Positions 12,184-25,224 of a stretch of DNA of 64,000 bases are shown here, in pieces. The stretch's first letter is position 1. Every line of letters starts with the position of its first letter. Source of the DNA: Octopus vulgaris (lineage: Eukaryota); contig OX597836.1 of the NCBI GenBank assembly GCA_951406725.2, positions 8,060,001 to 8,124,000 on the forward strand, read 5' to 3'. The notes beneath the pieces were generated by a model. The model searched no databases. It was not told the DNA's origin and was given only the letters and a program-made list of their open reading frames with translations. Position numbers and translations under genes: made by a program.

Positions 12184-12345
12184 TCTTTTACTTGCTTCAG
12201 TCATCTGACTGCGGCCATGCTACAGCAACGCACTTAGTCGAACAAACCGATCCCAGGACTTATTCTTAGTAACCACTAAATTACAGGGACTAAACACACC
12301 AACATCGCTTGTCAAACGATGGTGGGCGGACAGTCACACACAAAA
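12184..12345 (-). mobile_element. SINE family A, 3' half
   Basis: cttttacttgcttcagtcatctgactgcggccatgct... Confidence 0.7.
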
Positions 12346-13104
12346 ACATACATACATATATATATAAACCTACAATTCCTTAATAAGGACATTGCTTAGC
12401 TGGTCCAAACTTCGAAGTCACTGTCAATAAATCCTATTCGAGTAAGACAGTATTGAGTGATCCTGCAATTTAATGTAAAATTGCTTTTACTAAAACATAA
12501 AATTACATATATAATTTGATCCCTGAACTTTGAGGTTCGAAAGTTCATTAAACGAACAGCCTCTTTATAGAAAGAGGTTTAAAAGATACACCCCCCCCCC
12601 ACCAAATTATAAAGGGTCAAAAGTTTATGCATTAGGGTATGTATTCAACACTGGAGAAAGAAACTGCTCCCAAAATTCTGGGGGGGGGGTCAAAAGTGTA
12701 TAGGTCCATTATTAAAAGAGAGTTTGCTCACTGGGAACGTTTTGGGGTCATGCCCCTAAATGATTAGGGCTTAAAAAATAAAAAAAGGTAAGGATGGAGG
12801 TGGGTGGATTGAGGAAATTACTTCTATTAAAGAGAGAATAGATATAAGCTACCCTAGTTTTGTACACCACATGAACTTATTTGGGGGTCATCATTAATAT
12901 TTAAGGGGCTTCTTTCATTTCAACACACGCAGGCGTGTGCGTGTATGTATATATATCGTAAAACAATTTAAAAAATAGGATAATGATAGGCGAAGAGAAA
13001 TAAATGGAAAAGAGCGAGCGGCGAAGGTGAGGAGGGAAGAAATGGTGTCACGGATAATAGGGGTTGAAAAATATTAGGGATCTGCTTTGTTTTCCTTTTC
13101 AAAT

Positions 13105-13136
<32 letters not shown>

Positions 13137-14869
13137 CACACACAGCTCATGAATAAAGAAAGGAGGTAGCTGAGTGAAAGCTATGAAAATGTAAATCAAA
13201 GTTATAGGAAAAAAGAGATCGAGAGAGAAGAGAAAATTAGAACAAGATGGAGAAATATTTGTGTGAATAAATACGGGTGGGAGTAAAAAAAATGTTTAAC
13301 CCGAGGACAATCAGACCAAGCAGAGCAGATGTGTTCCAGGTGTGACCATCCCTTTTTAAGAAATTATTTAATTATCATTATTCGTTTAATCAGGAACTTA
13401 CTGCCTCCTTTATTCACACCGTTTTTAAACAGTGAAGTGTAAATTCAATGCGATTTGGATTCAATTTCTATAGGTCGAAAGACTACCTCGAGGCTTCCCT
13501 CATTAGTGCACTATACACTTATAGACGCGCGTTCAGTGTTTTAAAAGTTATATATACACGAAGCTTATTATATACACTAAAAACAATGTTACGTAAATGT
13601 GTAATACATATATACATACGCGGACACATATACACAAACTGTTATTTTACACTGACCACATTGCGATTGTTATACAAAGCACATTGTTGTGTATACGTTG
13701 TAAAAACCGTATAGTAACTATTGGTGTATATACATACATAGTATATATGTGTGTGTGTGTATGTAGTGTGTTGAATGTGAGTGTTGCTGGTGTCGTGTGC
13801 ACTCTATTGTGTTTGTGGGTACGGATGTGTATTAATTATATACCCAGTGGCTGTAAATATAGAAATGAAGAGAAACTAACATTCCTGAAAAACCAACAAT
13901 TATTATATGTGTGTATGTGTGTACATACAAACACCCGCTCCAAAATATTTACATACAAGCAGACATACCCATTAACGATACACACAACACATATATATAC
14001 ATACAAAACACACAAATATATATAAATATATATATATATACACATACATACATATATATTACAAGTTTGTAAACAAGAGAAACTGTCACGTGAACAGATA
14101 CGATTAGAAATTAAAGATTGGGATAACGTATGTGTGTGGAGATATATAAATATATACTACACAAATATTTATATATATACACACACACACATAAGTATGT
14201 ATGTACATCTATGACTGTGCCTGTAACGGAGTTTTGTGGCCATGTTGGATCAGCAGAAACCACGTTTTCCTCCTTTTAAATTCGATGAACGTTAGGCAGG
14301 GAGCAAGGATTTCTGAGGAAGACATACAGACACACTCACAAATATACATGCTTACAAACTAGCACACACACACACACACACACACGTGTACACTTCATAT
14401 CTTCATCTATATATAGATAGTACCCATGATATATTTATTCGACTAAAGGTGCTGTTTACGAGCTAATTCGACCTAACTAGGTACCTATCACTCAAGTACC
14501 TGACTCAAACGAATCCTTAATATTGTACGTCAATCTATCTATCTATACACACACACACCACGCACCTAACATGCTTACGTACAGACCCACCAAACATTCA
14601 ACGTACATAGACTAATTTACGTACACACACAAACACAGCCACATCTACATCTACACATACAATTAGAACCAGAGCCAAAAGTACACACACACACGTTTTA
14701 TATATATATATACATATACACATAAACGTACAAACAGACATGCTTAGAAGTAGAAGTGAACAGCAAAGCGACATCGTCAATCACAGAGAAGTATAATAAA
14801 TACAATAACAGCAGAAAGTGAAGGGGGCTAAAATGGTGAAGTTAATGGTGGAGATGGAGGAGGGCGCGC

Positions 14870-14940
14870 CGTTCGCCATCTTGCCTAGCTTTTTGCTTGT
14901 TATTTGTGGCCAGAGTTTTATAATCGCTATCCGCCCGCTT
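14870..14940 (-). promoter_or_regulatory. Candidate Pol II core promoter: GC box, TATA box, downstream YY1-type motif
   Basis: Minus strand: GGGCGG 14936-14931, TATAAAA 14922-14916, CAAGATGGCG 14883-14874. Local CpG enrichment, and spacing fits a TSS near 14890. Confidence 0.45.
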
Positions 14941-15820
14941 CTTCTTATCGTCACACATACATTCAAAAATACATATACATACACCGATGTTTATACATAC
15001 ATACATATATATATATACATATTTGTTTCTTTTGGTATTGGGTAGATTTATGCTTGCCTACTGAAATAATAAGACAAATGTATTATTACACTCAGCTACC
15101 CAGTAGTAGGAGTACTCTTCTAATTAAATGGCCTTTGTGGTGGAGAGGAGATAAAAACAAGACTAAAAAAAGCGGTGTTGGTTGGTGGCTGTGTCTTACT
15201 ACTCCTCGAGGTTTTGTTGTAGCTTTGTCTTGTTGCATATGACAACGGAAGAAATAAAAAAAGAAAGTTGGTTTGCATTACATGTACATGTAAACTTAAC
15301 TAAGCGTATCAACCACATTCAACCACAAAGATATGTAACACTCGTGATTATGTGTGTGTGCGTGTATATATATACCGAAACTCTGTGTGTGTGTGTGTGT
15401 ATATATATATGTACTAACTTAAGGAAAAAGTACTTAATTGTTAAATATTGATACTATATTTACTCCGATGACACGACTGGTTAGAACTTCGAAGTTACTG
15501 CCAACCTTCTCCATGTAAGGAAAAAATTAATATGTACTCGAAAGTATTAAGGCGATTCTTCAGTTTAAATGTTAAGCCGTATTTAAATATAACTGTACAT
15601 ATAAATTATATATATGTAATATATATATATATCGCACTAGGTACAATCACACCTAATTAAACTAAACACTTTATATATACATGTGTGTGTATGAATGGAA
15701 AAAAAATCACCCCTCGTCACTATACTGACAGAACAAAACCGGAGGACAAATACTTCCATGGTGACACATAGAATTCTGATCGCACACAGTCTTCAATATA
15801 GGGAATTACTATGTGGGGTA

Positions 15821-15854
<34 letters not shown>

Positions 15855-16142
15855 CACATACACGTATGTGTGAGAGATCAATGGAGTGGAAATTGTAGCA
15901 AGGAAGTGCCTAGCGTGTTAAAAATAGGGAACATTTTATATATCATTGCAAAGGGGGACAAGACCACACACAATCATGTTCGTGTATGTGTGTGTATATA
16001 TATGTAGAACCTTTATATTTCTCACTCTCTCTAAATATAACACACACACGAAGGCATGTATGTATGATACACTTATTTACAACTGCACGGGATGTGTTCT
16101 CTCCACTCAAAGTATGCCACTACCTTGTACGCTCATGTAGCA

Positions 16143-16184
<42 letters not shown>

Positions 16185-16185
<1 letters not shown>

Positions 16186-17772
16186 TAGCAGCGATACCCG
16201 GCGTTGCCCGTGTTACATGCAATTAAAGAATTAGACTTTTCTGTTATATTATCTCCAATACCTATGATTCGAATTTCATCAAAATTGCAGATGAGGGTTC
16301 TTTCCCTCTTTACATGCCCTAAAAAAATTCTAATCATGACACATGTATCCCATACTACTGATCATTATGCACAGATTCCAAAATTCCACTCTTATGGAAC
16401 CTGTTCAAAGGATTTTGCTCCTGAAAAAATGGAGGTCATGGATCTCTGAAATGTGGGAGTTAAGGCCCCTACTGGGAGTGGGTGTCTTAATGACAACCAG
16501 AAGTGGAAATGTTGAGAATCTTTTTAACTTGGGTCTTATATGTATTGTTCGAATTTCTTTGAAATAGGAAATATATGTATGTTCACTGGGTTTGTAAAAG
16601 AGAGCAAAGCTACAGGAAACCAAAAGCAGTCAGCTACCCTGCCATAGTCGTTACCACTCCCAATGTAGGATTCCTTACCATACAGGTGACATGCACAGCC
16701 GTAAGATGCACTACAGATCTATAGCAATGGGAAGGGTGTGACCCAACTCAAACATTAAGAGTGTGACGTGAGGGCTAAGGAGAAATGAAAGTATCATCTC
16801 TGGAGTTTGCAAATGACCACAATACCAATAGGTATCTGGACAGAATAAATTTACAATCTATAAATGTCTTTCAATAACCAGTCACTCATCTGGGAAGGCC
16901 TTGAAATCAATGTTACCATCTGGGGACTATGTGTAACCCAGTGATAATAAAGACTCAAAAGAGGTCCGCAACCAAAATTTTACTCAACACTTTGCAACTA
17001 AATCAATGGAGGCAAAGATGCCTCTCATTTACTTGACAATTTATGCACCACATTGCAGAAATCACAATCTAAGTATATCTCAAAGCAAACCCTTACACTG
17101 TTGTACCATTGAATTACAAATAATGCTCATGTTTTATGCTCCGGTGACCCTACAGCTTCAAAGAGTACAACTGTATTCATCTTTGCTTAGATAAAATAAC
17201 TAAATGGGGTCTTTCTAACTTCTAAGAAGATGAAATTTTAGAAATATTACTTCATTTGTGTCTAATATCTATGGTTAAAATTTCATCAAGAGCAAAAATA
17301 TATGAATAGAATATAATTTCCAAATTTCATAAAGAACCATTCAGTACTTTTGACCTAGTTTTGGATTATAAAAATGACTAAAATTTGGGAGTTAAGGCCC
17401 CCATTATGGGGGTCTTAGAATCCTCATGAGAAGTGGAAACTTTGAGAATACTTCTTGATGTGTGTCAATTACCCATGGTTGAAATTTCATCAACATTGAA
17501 AATTTATGAATTTTCGTGGGGGTTCTGCTTCTTTTAAGCCATCTCAAATTCAAACCAAACATATTGCAGTATACCCACCCTTATGCATTGAATTTAAGTT
17601 CCAAATATCATAAGCATCCATTCAGTAATTTTGGTCCCTGAAATTTTATCAAACACACGGCATTACCCTTCTCCCTAGATTTGGATTTTGTGTTCCAAAA
17701 TTCATTAGGATCGGTGCAGTAGTTTTCGAATGTCTAAGTAACACACAAACACATTGACTTTCCTATAATAGA
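16185..17772 (-). mobile_element. Non-autonomous Helitron (1.6 kb) with internal duplicated modules
   Basis: 3' CTAG|T at 16188-16185, hairpin acccggcgttgcccgtgt, 5' A|TC at 17772. The gggagttaaggcccc...agaagtggaaa module occurs at ~16455 and ~17387. Confidence 0.7.
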
Positions 17773-17884
17773 TATGAATATGCACATATATATATACACA
17801 CACACAGAATAGATTGATAGATACAACTGAGAGGGCAACCAAAAATATGAGACACTGCCAAGTGCTTTTTTTTTATTTTGATAA

Positions 17885-18165
17885 GCCTGGTACTTATTCT
17901 ATCAGTTTCTTCTTGTCAAAGTTATGGGGAGGTAAATAAATGAACACCAGTTGTGAAGCAGTGATGAGGAAGAAACAGAGACAAAGACACACACATACAC
18001 TTATACGATTGATTTCTTTCAGTTTCTGTCTACAAAATCCACTGCCAAGGCTTTGGTTGGTCTGAGGCTTATAGCAGAAGATACATGCCAAATCACCACA
18101 CAGTGGAACTGAACCCAAGACCATGTGTTTTGGAACCAAGTTTCTTACCACACATCCACACCTGC
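17885..18165 (-). mobile_element. SINE family A
   Basis: gcctggtacttattctatc...gaactgaacccaagaccatgtg. Confidence 0.75.
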
Positions 18166-18294
18166 ACCTATGTATGTGTGTGTGTGTATATGTATGCATG
18201 TATACATATTACATGTACATCTATATATATACACATATATACACATACAGCTACACATATGAAATATATATATAATATATATATACATACATAA

Positions 18295-18800
18295 CCTGGG
18301 ATGAAGTGGTGAAGCACGACCTTCGAACTTTAGGCCTCACCAAGGATATGACTAGTGACCGAGACTTTTGGAGATATGCTGTTCTTGAGAAGACCCAGCA
18401 AGCCAAATAAGACCATAATCTCGTGGCCTATACCAGGGGTTAAACCAGCCCACTTCTTTGGACACTAAACTCTGCTTGCAAAGACCTGTTGAGGCACGTA
18501 AAATCAAAATCAAATTCGATGACTGGCATCTGTGCTAGTAGGGTGCTAAGAGCACCATCAAGCGTGATCGTTGTCAGAGCGGCTAACTGGCTTCCGTGCC
18601 GGTGGCACGTAAAAGGCACCATTTGAGCGTGATCGTTACCAGCATCGCCTCGGTGTGGTTGGCGTTAGGAAGGGCATCCAGCTGTAGAAACTCATCCAGA
18701 TTAAGATTGAAGCCTGGTGCAGCCATCTGGTTCACCAGCCCTCAGTCAAATCGTCCAACACATGCTAGCATGGAAAGCGGACGTTAAACGATGATGATGT
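18295..18800 (+). mobile_element. RTE-clade LINE 3' end (ORF C-terminus, 3' UTR, (GAT)n tail)
   Basis: TWDEVVKHDLRTLGLTKDMTSDRDFWRYAVLEKT, then ...catggaaagcggacgttaaacgatgatgatg. Confidence 0.8.
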
Positions 18801-18812
18801 TTATGTATTATG

Positions 18813-18847
<35 letters not shown>

Positions 18848-18851
<4 letters not shown>

Positions 18852-19097
18852 TAATAGTTTCAGTATTAGTGAAAGTATCTGACATTACAATAGAGAGAAG
18901 TTATTGTTTCACTTTTGACACATAATACTGAAATAGTGGAGAAGATATGATATTGCCGTGGGCTCGCACTAGGCAAGAAGTTAAAAATTCTTTTGCCCTC
19001 TGACACTACATGGTCCCTAAGGCATGTGTAAAATTTGAATGAAATTGGTTGAGTAAGTTCTCAAGTTTTAGGGATTCACACAGACAGACATTCTCAT

Positions 19098-19105
<8 letters not shown>
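18848..19105 (-). mobile_element. Helitron-like 5'-end fragment
   Basis: catgtgtaaaatttgaatgaaattggttgag...cacagacagacattctcatctttatata resembles the ends of the 6388 and 16185 elements. Confidence 0.5.
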
Positions 19106-19130
<25 letters not shown>

Positions 19131-19133
<3 letters not shown>

Positions 19134-19237
19134 ACTACTACTACCACATACGGGTACTTGCTGTTTGTGTGTATACATATATATATATATAAACACTACT
19201 ACTACCACATACGGGTACTTGCTGTTTGTGTGTATAC

Positions 19238-19250
<13 letters not shown>
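19131..19250 (+). repeat. ~61-bp direct tandem duplication
   Basis: aacactactactaccacatacgggtacttgctgtttgtgtgtatacat occurs twice. Confidence 0.9.
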
Positions 19251-19271
<21 letters not shown>

Positions 19272-19697
19272 CAATGTAATAAGTTGTCCATGAATTTCAG
19301 CATAAAATACACACTACACATTACTATTATTACACGCTACTATTCGGGAGCTACTTTATACATATTTATAAATTGTCTACTGATTTGTGCGCGCGTATAT
19401 ATACGTAAATATATATGCGGGTACTCTACACATCATACACACGGGAGCCAGCTCTGAGTGTGAGAATATATATATACATAATCCAAAAGAAAGTTGTTTA
19501 ATGCGTCCTTTCGAGGGACGCCTAAAAACTTTAAAGGTTGGTACTGGTGTAGAATTTATATTCAAATAAAAATAAACCTTATATTCTAAAATGTACTGGG
19601 GCCTTTCTAATATCAATTGGTACCCCTTAATATAATGAAGCTCTTTAGATTAAAGGTACCATATACACATAACTCCGAGTACAGGATGCTCCACGCT

Positions 19698-19747
<50 letters not shown>

Positions 19748-22656
19748 TACGTATATATGTCCCATCACAACCAACACCCACTCTATTTTAATTAAAAGAA
19801 ATCTGAGGAGGAACTTGTACTAAATAGCTGATAATATTTTTATTTCCCCCTCAATTTCAATGTTTTAAGCTCATACATAAAACGTGATTTATTTCACAAT
19901 ACATGTTATAAAAGCACCACCAATAAATTGTGTTGCAATCCTGTAGAGTCATTTACACTGTGGAGTTTTAATGACTTCAATATTGTTTAAATTACTTAAA
20001 ACTATTATATAAGCTATTTAAATAAAATGTGACATTCGCCCCCCCCCCCACCTCCGACCTATCTGCACACACCTTGTCACTATTTTCAGTTCAACACATT
20101 AAACACAACCTATAGAGTAATAATGTATACACAAACATATCCCACAATATACACGCAACACCAAAGGTTAGAGTACAAAATTCGCTTTTTAATTAACCAA
20201 ATTATCAGAAATAACAACAAATATATCGTTAAAAGTACATGGCTCCACTTTGTTGTATATAACACGCACACACACTATATATATATATAAATATGTATAT
20301 ATGTCATGTATATGCATACAAAGTCCCTACACAACACATTACTTATCTTACATGTACATAAGTAACATGGTGTGTGTGTGTGGGAGCATGTATACATAAA
20401 CATATATATATAGAAAACACATATATACAGCGAGAGCGATAAGGATATTATTTTTATATACACTCGCACTGTAGTATCCTAAAACAAGCACAGAACGAAC
20501 ACGTGAACATGTAAACGCATATAGTTCTATGTTTTATATATATATATATATATACTGCTGTTAATGTGTTTCACGAACACACACGTATACATTATATATT
20601 TCCGTAAATTGTACTAGCCTAAAAACCGGTGTAGTCTATGTTGTGTCCCTGGATTTCCTTGACTGAACAGTTCGACTCATAGAGGTTGAAAAGAAAGAGA
20701 AAAAAAACCCACAGGGAGTCGATGCCTCAGCATGGCCCTGTTCCAATAACTCGTATCTGTAGGATATCGATTTCTATATAAATTCTGTATTAAAATGTTT
20801 CTCTTAGAGCGAACCATGTGGCAAGCATGTGTACATGTGTATCTTTACATATGTATACTTGTGTATACACACAGAGCTCCAGCACGGTGCTATATATGAC
20901 TTATGCACTGTTACATACATGTACAAATCTGTATGTATATACATATAAAAAAACATATATACATGTAACAGCTAAGAGCATATTAATTGGACACTTGAGT
21001 TAAACGGAAAAGATAAAAAAAAAATTGTGGGGAGGGGCGAAAACAAGAATTAGTAGTACACATACACATGTATATATATTTTATACACACACATATATAC
21101 ATATATATAAACAAAACAAAAAATAAAAATCTATAATCAACCAAGTGTAAACAAGTTACATGAGAAAGGAAGGATTTTTTTTATGTGGAATTAATGGATA
21201 TTGGTTTTGAAGATTGTTAACGGTTGAAAACATGGGACAAATCGATACATAAATATGTATTTGTGCGTGCGTATATATATATATATATATATATTAAGAG
21301 AGAGAGAGGGGGGTGCGCGCTTCCCTTTCGACCTGCTTTCAATTAAAGTCTCACTTTTCAATTTGAATCAAAACCATGGACAGGGAAATTAATTGGCCAA
21401 GATGTGAATTCGATCAACGAGAGATAAGGGTCTATATATATATATATATATATATATTTATAATGTGTGTGTGAGAAAGAGAGAGAGACTGAGAGCGAGT
21501 GAAACAACATAACATAACTGATGTATTTTCGTGGCTTCACTTCTGACCTGGGGCTAAACACGATGCTATTTAACCCCAGGTGGATAATATTGGAGCAGTC
21601 CTGTGATCAAACATCGTTCAGTCACGACCATCACGTCTTTTATTCAGTATATCTAAGACTACATCAACCAATGTGTCCTACATTTTTTTCTTTTGTGACG
21701 GTACGATGCCGTTTAAGTTCAATTTTACTGCTATTTCTAGCAGGCGAGTGACCATATTAGCGGCTCCACTCACTGGCTAGTGGTCTGTGTGTATATATAT
21801 ATATATATAGGAAGAGAGTGACTGTATATATATATATATATATATATACATACGTATTTATCAATGTATGTTTGTGTATAACTGCATGTAGATGTATGTT
21901 TTCGACACTACCTTGTGTTGTGATTGACAATGTGTGCATGTATGTGTGTGTTTACATATACACATATATATGTGTATATATATATATATTTATTCCTTCT
22001 TGTATAGTAGTTTCAGAGTATATACTGTTGTAAATGTGTAAGTTTGAGTAAAGTGAGTGGCTGTACGGTTAGTTGTATTTGAGTGTGTATGAAGTAGGGA
22101 AGATTGTCTGTGTTAAGTTAAAATGTGTACGAAATGTTAAGTAAAGACGTTATTGTATAGTTTCGAGTAAATGAGTGAAACAAGTGTGTTTACGTTTGAT
22201 TGCATGAGTGAGTGTTCCATTATAAATATATATGTGTGTATATATTTCTATAAATATGAATGAGAGGAGAGAAGAGACTGCCAGTGAAATATGGCGTGAG
22301 AGAGAGAGAGAAAGAGTAAAAAAGATGGAAGAGTGAGAGAAAGAAGAGATCAGGTGAAGCGAGAAAGAGGGAGTGACAGTATGAGCGATTAGATAGAGGG
22401 AGTCAATGAGGGAGAGGGTAAAAGAAGATCGTAAGGGTGAGTAGGAAGAGAGTGACTGTGCGAGAAGAGAGCAAAGCGAGAGAAAAAGAGATAAGGTGAA
22501 AGGACAGAGTGAGAGAGAAAAAGATACAGTAAATGGAAAGAGTGAGGGTGTGAGAGAAAGACGAGATAAAGTAAAAGGAGAGAGGGATTGAGTGAGAGCA
22601 CATGTACGTATGTATGTATGTATATAGTAGTAGTACAAGTGTTAAGTGTTACTTAC

Positions 22657-22723
22657 CGTCAGCAAGGCTCGAAAGGACGAGAGAAAGAAGCAACACGGCA
22701 AGAGGAAAAGCATGGGACGCCAT
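22657..22723 (-). CDS. First coding exon of an unidentified secreted/membrane protein (signal peptide MASHAFPLAVLLLSLVLSSLAD), followed by a phase-1 intron
   Basis: ATG at 22723-22721 (tctATGG). 22 codons + 1 nt with a hydrophobic core (LAVLLLSLVL) and an S-L-A small-residue cleavage motif. Ends at a consensus donor ACG|GTAAGT (intron starts 22656). Unique sequence flanked by low-complexity DNA. Confidence 0.7.
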
Positions 22724-22864
22724 AGATAAAAAAGGATCAGGGGGAGAAATGTCCCCCCATAGAAATCACTTAGAGAAATTGCGCCAGAACTGGGCATGAA
22801 TACATCCAATGAACCGTTCCACCACTTCCAATCTGTTTTAGCCTTGCGCTGCCGCCGCCCTCAA

Positions 22865-23885
22865 TAGCGACTGCTGCTGCTGATAGTTGTGTTGTTGTAA
22901 TGATGGTGGTGATGGTGGCGGTGGCGGTGGTGTAGTGGTAGGAGGAGGAGTAGTAGTAGAAGTAGGAGGAAAGGCAGTGGTGGTAATGCTGCTGCTACTG
23001 CTAGTTGTATTACTGTTGTGGTGGTGGTGGTGGTACAGCGGAAGGAGGAGTAGTAAAAGTGGTAGTACAATCAAAGACAGAGAGAGAGAGAGGAAGGGCA
23101 GAGGTGGTAATGCTGCAGCTACTGCTAATTATTGTGATGATGATGGTGGTGGTGGTGGAGGTGGGTGTACTAATAGAAGTAGTAGCAGCAGCAGCATTAC
23201 TGTCAATGGCAGAGGGAGGAAGGGTAGTTGTGGTAATGTTACTGCTGCTGATAGTTGGTATTACTGTAGTGGTGGCGATGGTGATAGCGGTATGGTGGGA
23301 GTAGTAGCGCTACTGCTTAGTGCTGCCGATAGTGACTGTGTTATCGTAGTAGTGGTAGTGATGATATTATAGCAGTAGTAGTAGTAGTGGTAGTAGTAGT
23401 AGTAATATTGGGGGATGCCAATGACGGAGGGAGGAAAGGCAGTGGTGATAATGCTGCTGCTACTGCTGATGATAAATTGTGTTGTTATGATGGTGGGAGT
23501 AAGTAGTAGTAGCAGTAGTATTGTCAATGATGGAAGGAGGAAGGGTGGTAGTAGAAATGCTGCTGCTACTAATACTGCTGATGATGATTGTGCTGATACA
23601 ATGGTGGTGGTGGTGGTGGTGGTGGTAATATGGTGAGAATAGTAGTAGTAATACCGTCAATGACTGGAGTAGGAGGGGAACTAGTGGTAACGCTGCTTGT
23701 AGTAGTAGTAGTAGTAGTAGTGATGGTGGTGGTGGTGTTTGTGCTGTGGGGTAATGTAGTATTAGTATTAATAGAGTCGATGGCGGGATAGGGAAGAATA
23801 GTGGTGGTAATGTTGCTGTTGTTGATGATGATGATGATGATGATTGCTTTGCGTTGGCGATGGCGGCGACAGTGGAAGTTTAGTG

Positions 23886-23926
<41 letters not shown>

Positions 23927-24108
23927 GGTGGTTGCAGTGTCAATGAAGGGGCAGAGGTAGAAGTAGTGTCAATGAGGAAGGTGAAGAAGGAAAGGAGGTG
24001 GTGACGGTGGTGATGATGATGAGGCTAAGGAGAAGAAAGTAATGTTTGTAGTGGTGGTAACGGTAATAGTAATCGTGATCCTGGTGGTGCTAGTGGAGGT
24101 GGTGGTGT

Positions 24109-24153
<45 letters not shown>

Positions 24154-24420
24154 CGTCAATGATGGGGAGAAGGACGAGGTAATGCAATGCTAGTACTGCT
24201 TGTACTATTGACAGCGGAGGAAATGGTATTACGGCAGTTGATGATGATGATGGAGCGAGGTGGAGTGATGCTATTATTGTCAAGGACCAGGGAGAGGGGG
24301 AGGTGCGTAGGTATTGTAATGGTGGTGGTGGAGTCAATGAGGGGGGGGGGAGAAGTTAGGTAATGTGTATTGATGTTGGTGATGGTGATGATAGCGGTAA
24401 CGGTAGGGTGGTGGTGGTAC
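22865..24420. repeat. G-rich modular low-complexity array ((GGT)n, (AGT)n, (GAT)n plus a recurrent GTCAATG...GGAGGAAGG...GGTAATGCTGCT unit)
   Basis: About ten degenerate copies of the unit, separated by triplet runs. Confidence 0.8.
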
Positions 24421-24440
24421 ACTCACATATATGTCTATAT

Positions 24441-24935
24441 AAGGTGTGACTGAGTGGTTAAGATGCTCGCTTCGCAATCAGTATGTCTCCAGTTCGATCT
24501 CACGATGTGGCATCCGGAGCGAACGTCTTTTATATAATAGCCAGAAACTGGATGGAAGCCGTCGGATGGGACAACATTTGTACTTCAAAAGCCTATCCTT
24601 GCCAATTCGTGTGACCCTGATTCTGCTGGAGAATACACAGCCTGAATGCAACGGTGAATTCTCCCGTCGTAGACGGCAGATAAGGGTTCTGCAGTTTCTC
24701 ACAAAACAACTTGCACAGATGATTTGTTTCTAGTGATCAAATGTTTTTCAACTGTACGTTAGCTCAATCCCTCCATCAAATCGATGTTACCTGCACAGTG
24801 CACCAAACGTCAGAACAACGTGTGATGAAGTGATTTGTTCAAGAAATCCACGCATTACCCGGTCCAGGAATCGAAACCGTGATCTTGCGATCGTGAGTGG
24901 AACACCTTAACCATTAGGCTAAGTGTTTTCACATA
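24441..24935. mobile_element. Two degenerate tRNA-headed SINEs, tail-to-tail
   Basis: Plus-strand head gtgactgagtggttaag...gttcgatctc at ~24445. Minus-strand head tagcctaatggttaagg...gtttcgattcc at ~24925. Confidence 0.55.
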
Positions 24936-25224
24936 ATCATTGGAATACTCAGTTGCTTACTCTATAATATTATACGATGAAATGTTGATTAAGCAACTGG
25001 GAAACTCGCCGTTGAAATCGACGGATGATCCAAGAAATGGACCAGCCTCTGTGGATATACCAAGGCACTCGTCAACCAAGTATGGGAGAACATCCTGAGA
25101 GAAAAAAGAAGTTATATTTCTCAGTTTTGATGTCGGTTTGATTTCTGCAGTTTGGAGGAGATATCAGTCGACTTGAGTTCACTAAGATACTGGATCGATG
25201 TCCTTTACAGCGAAAGTGGCGATA

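Noticed and set aside
15420-15610. CCGATGA...GAAA in a repeat related to 12370-12510, possible hammerhead
   Set aside because: Could not form stems I and III, and the related copy lacks the core.
22838-24422. Poly-H/T/P/S/V ORFs resembling low-complexity proteins
   Set aside because: Products of triplet repeats in all frames, with frequent stops and no splice or domain evidence.
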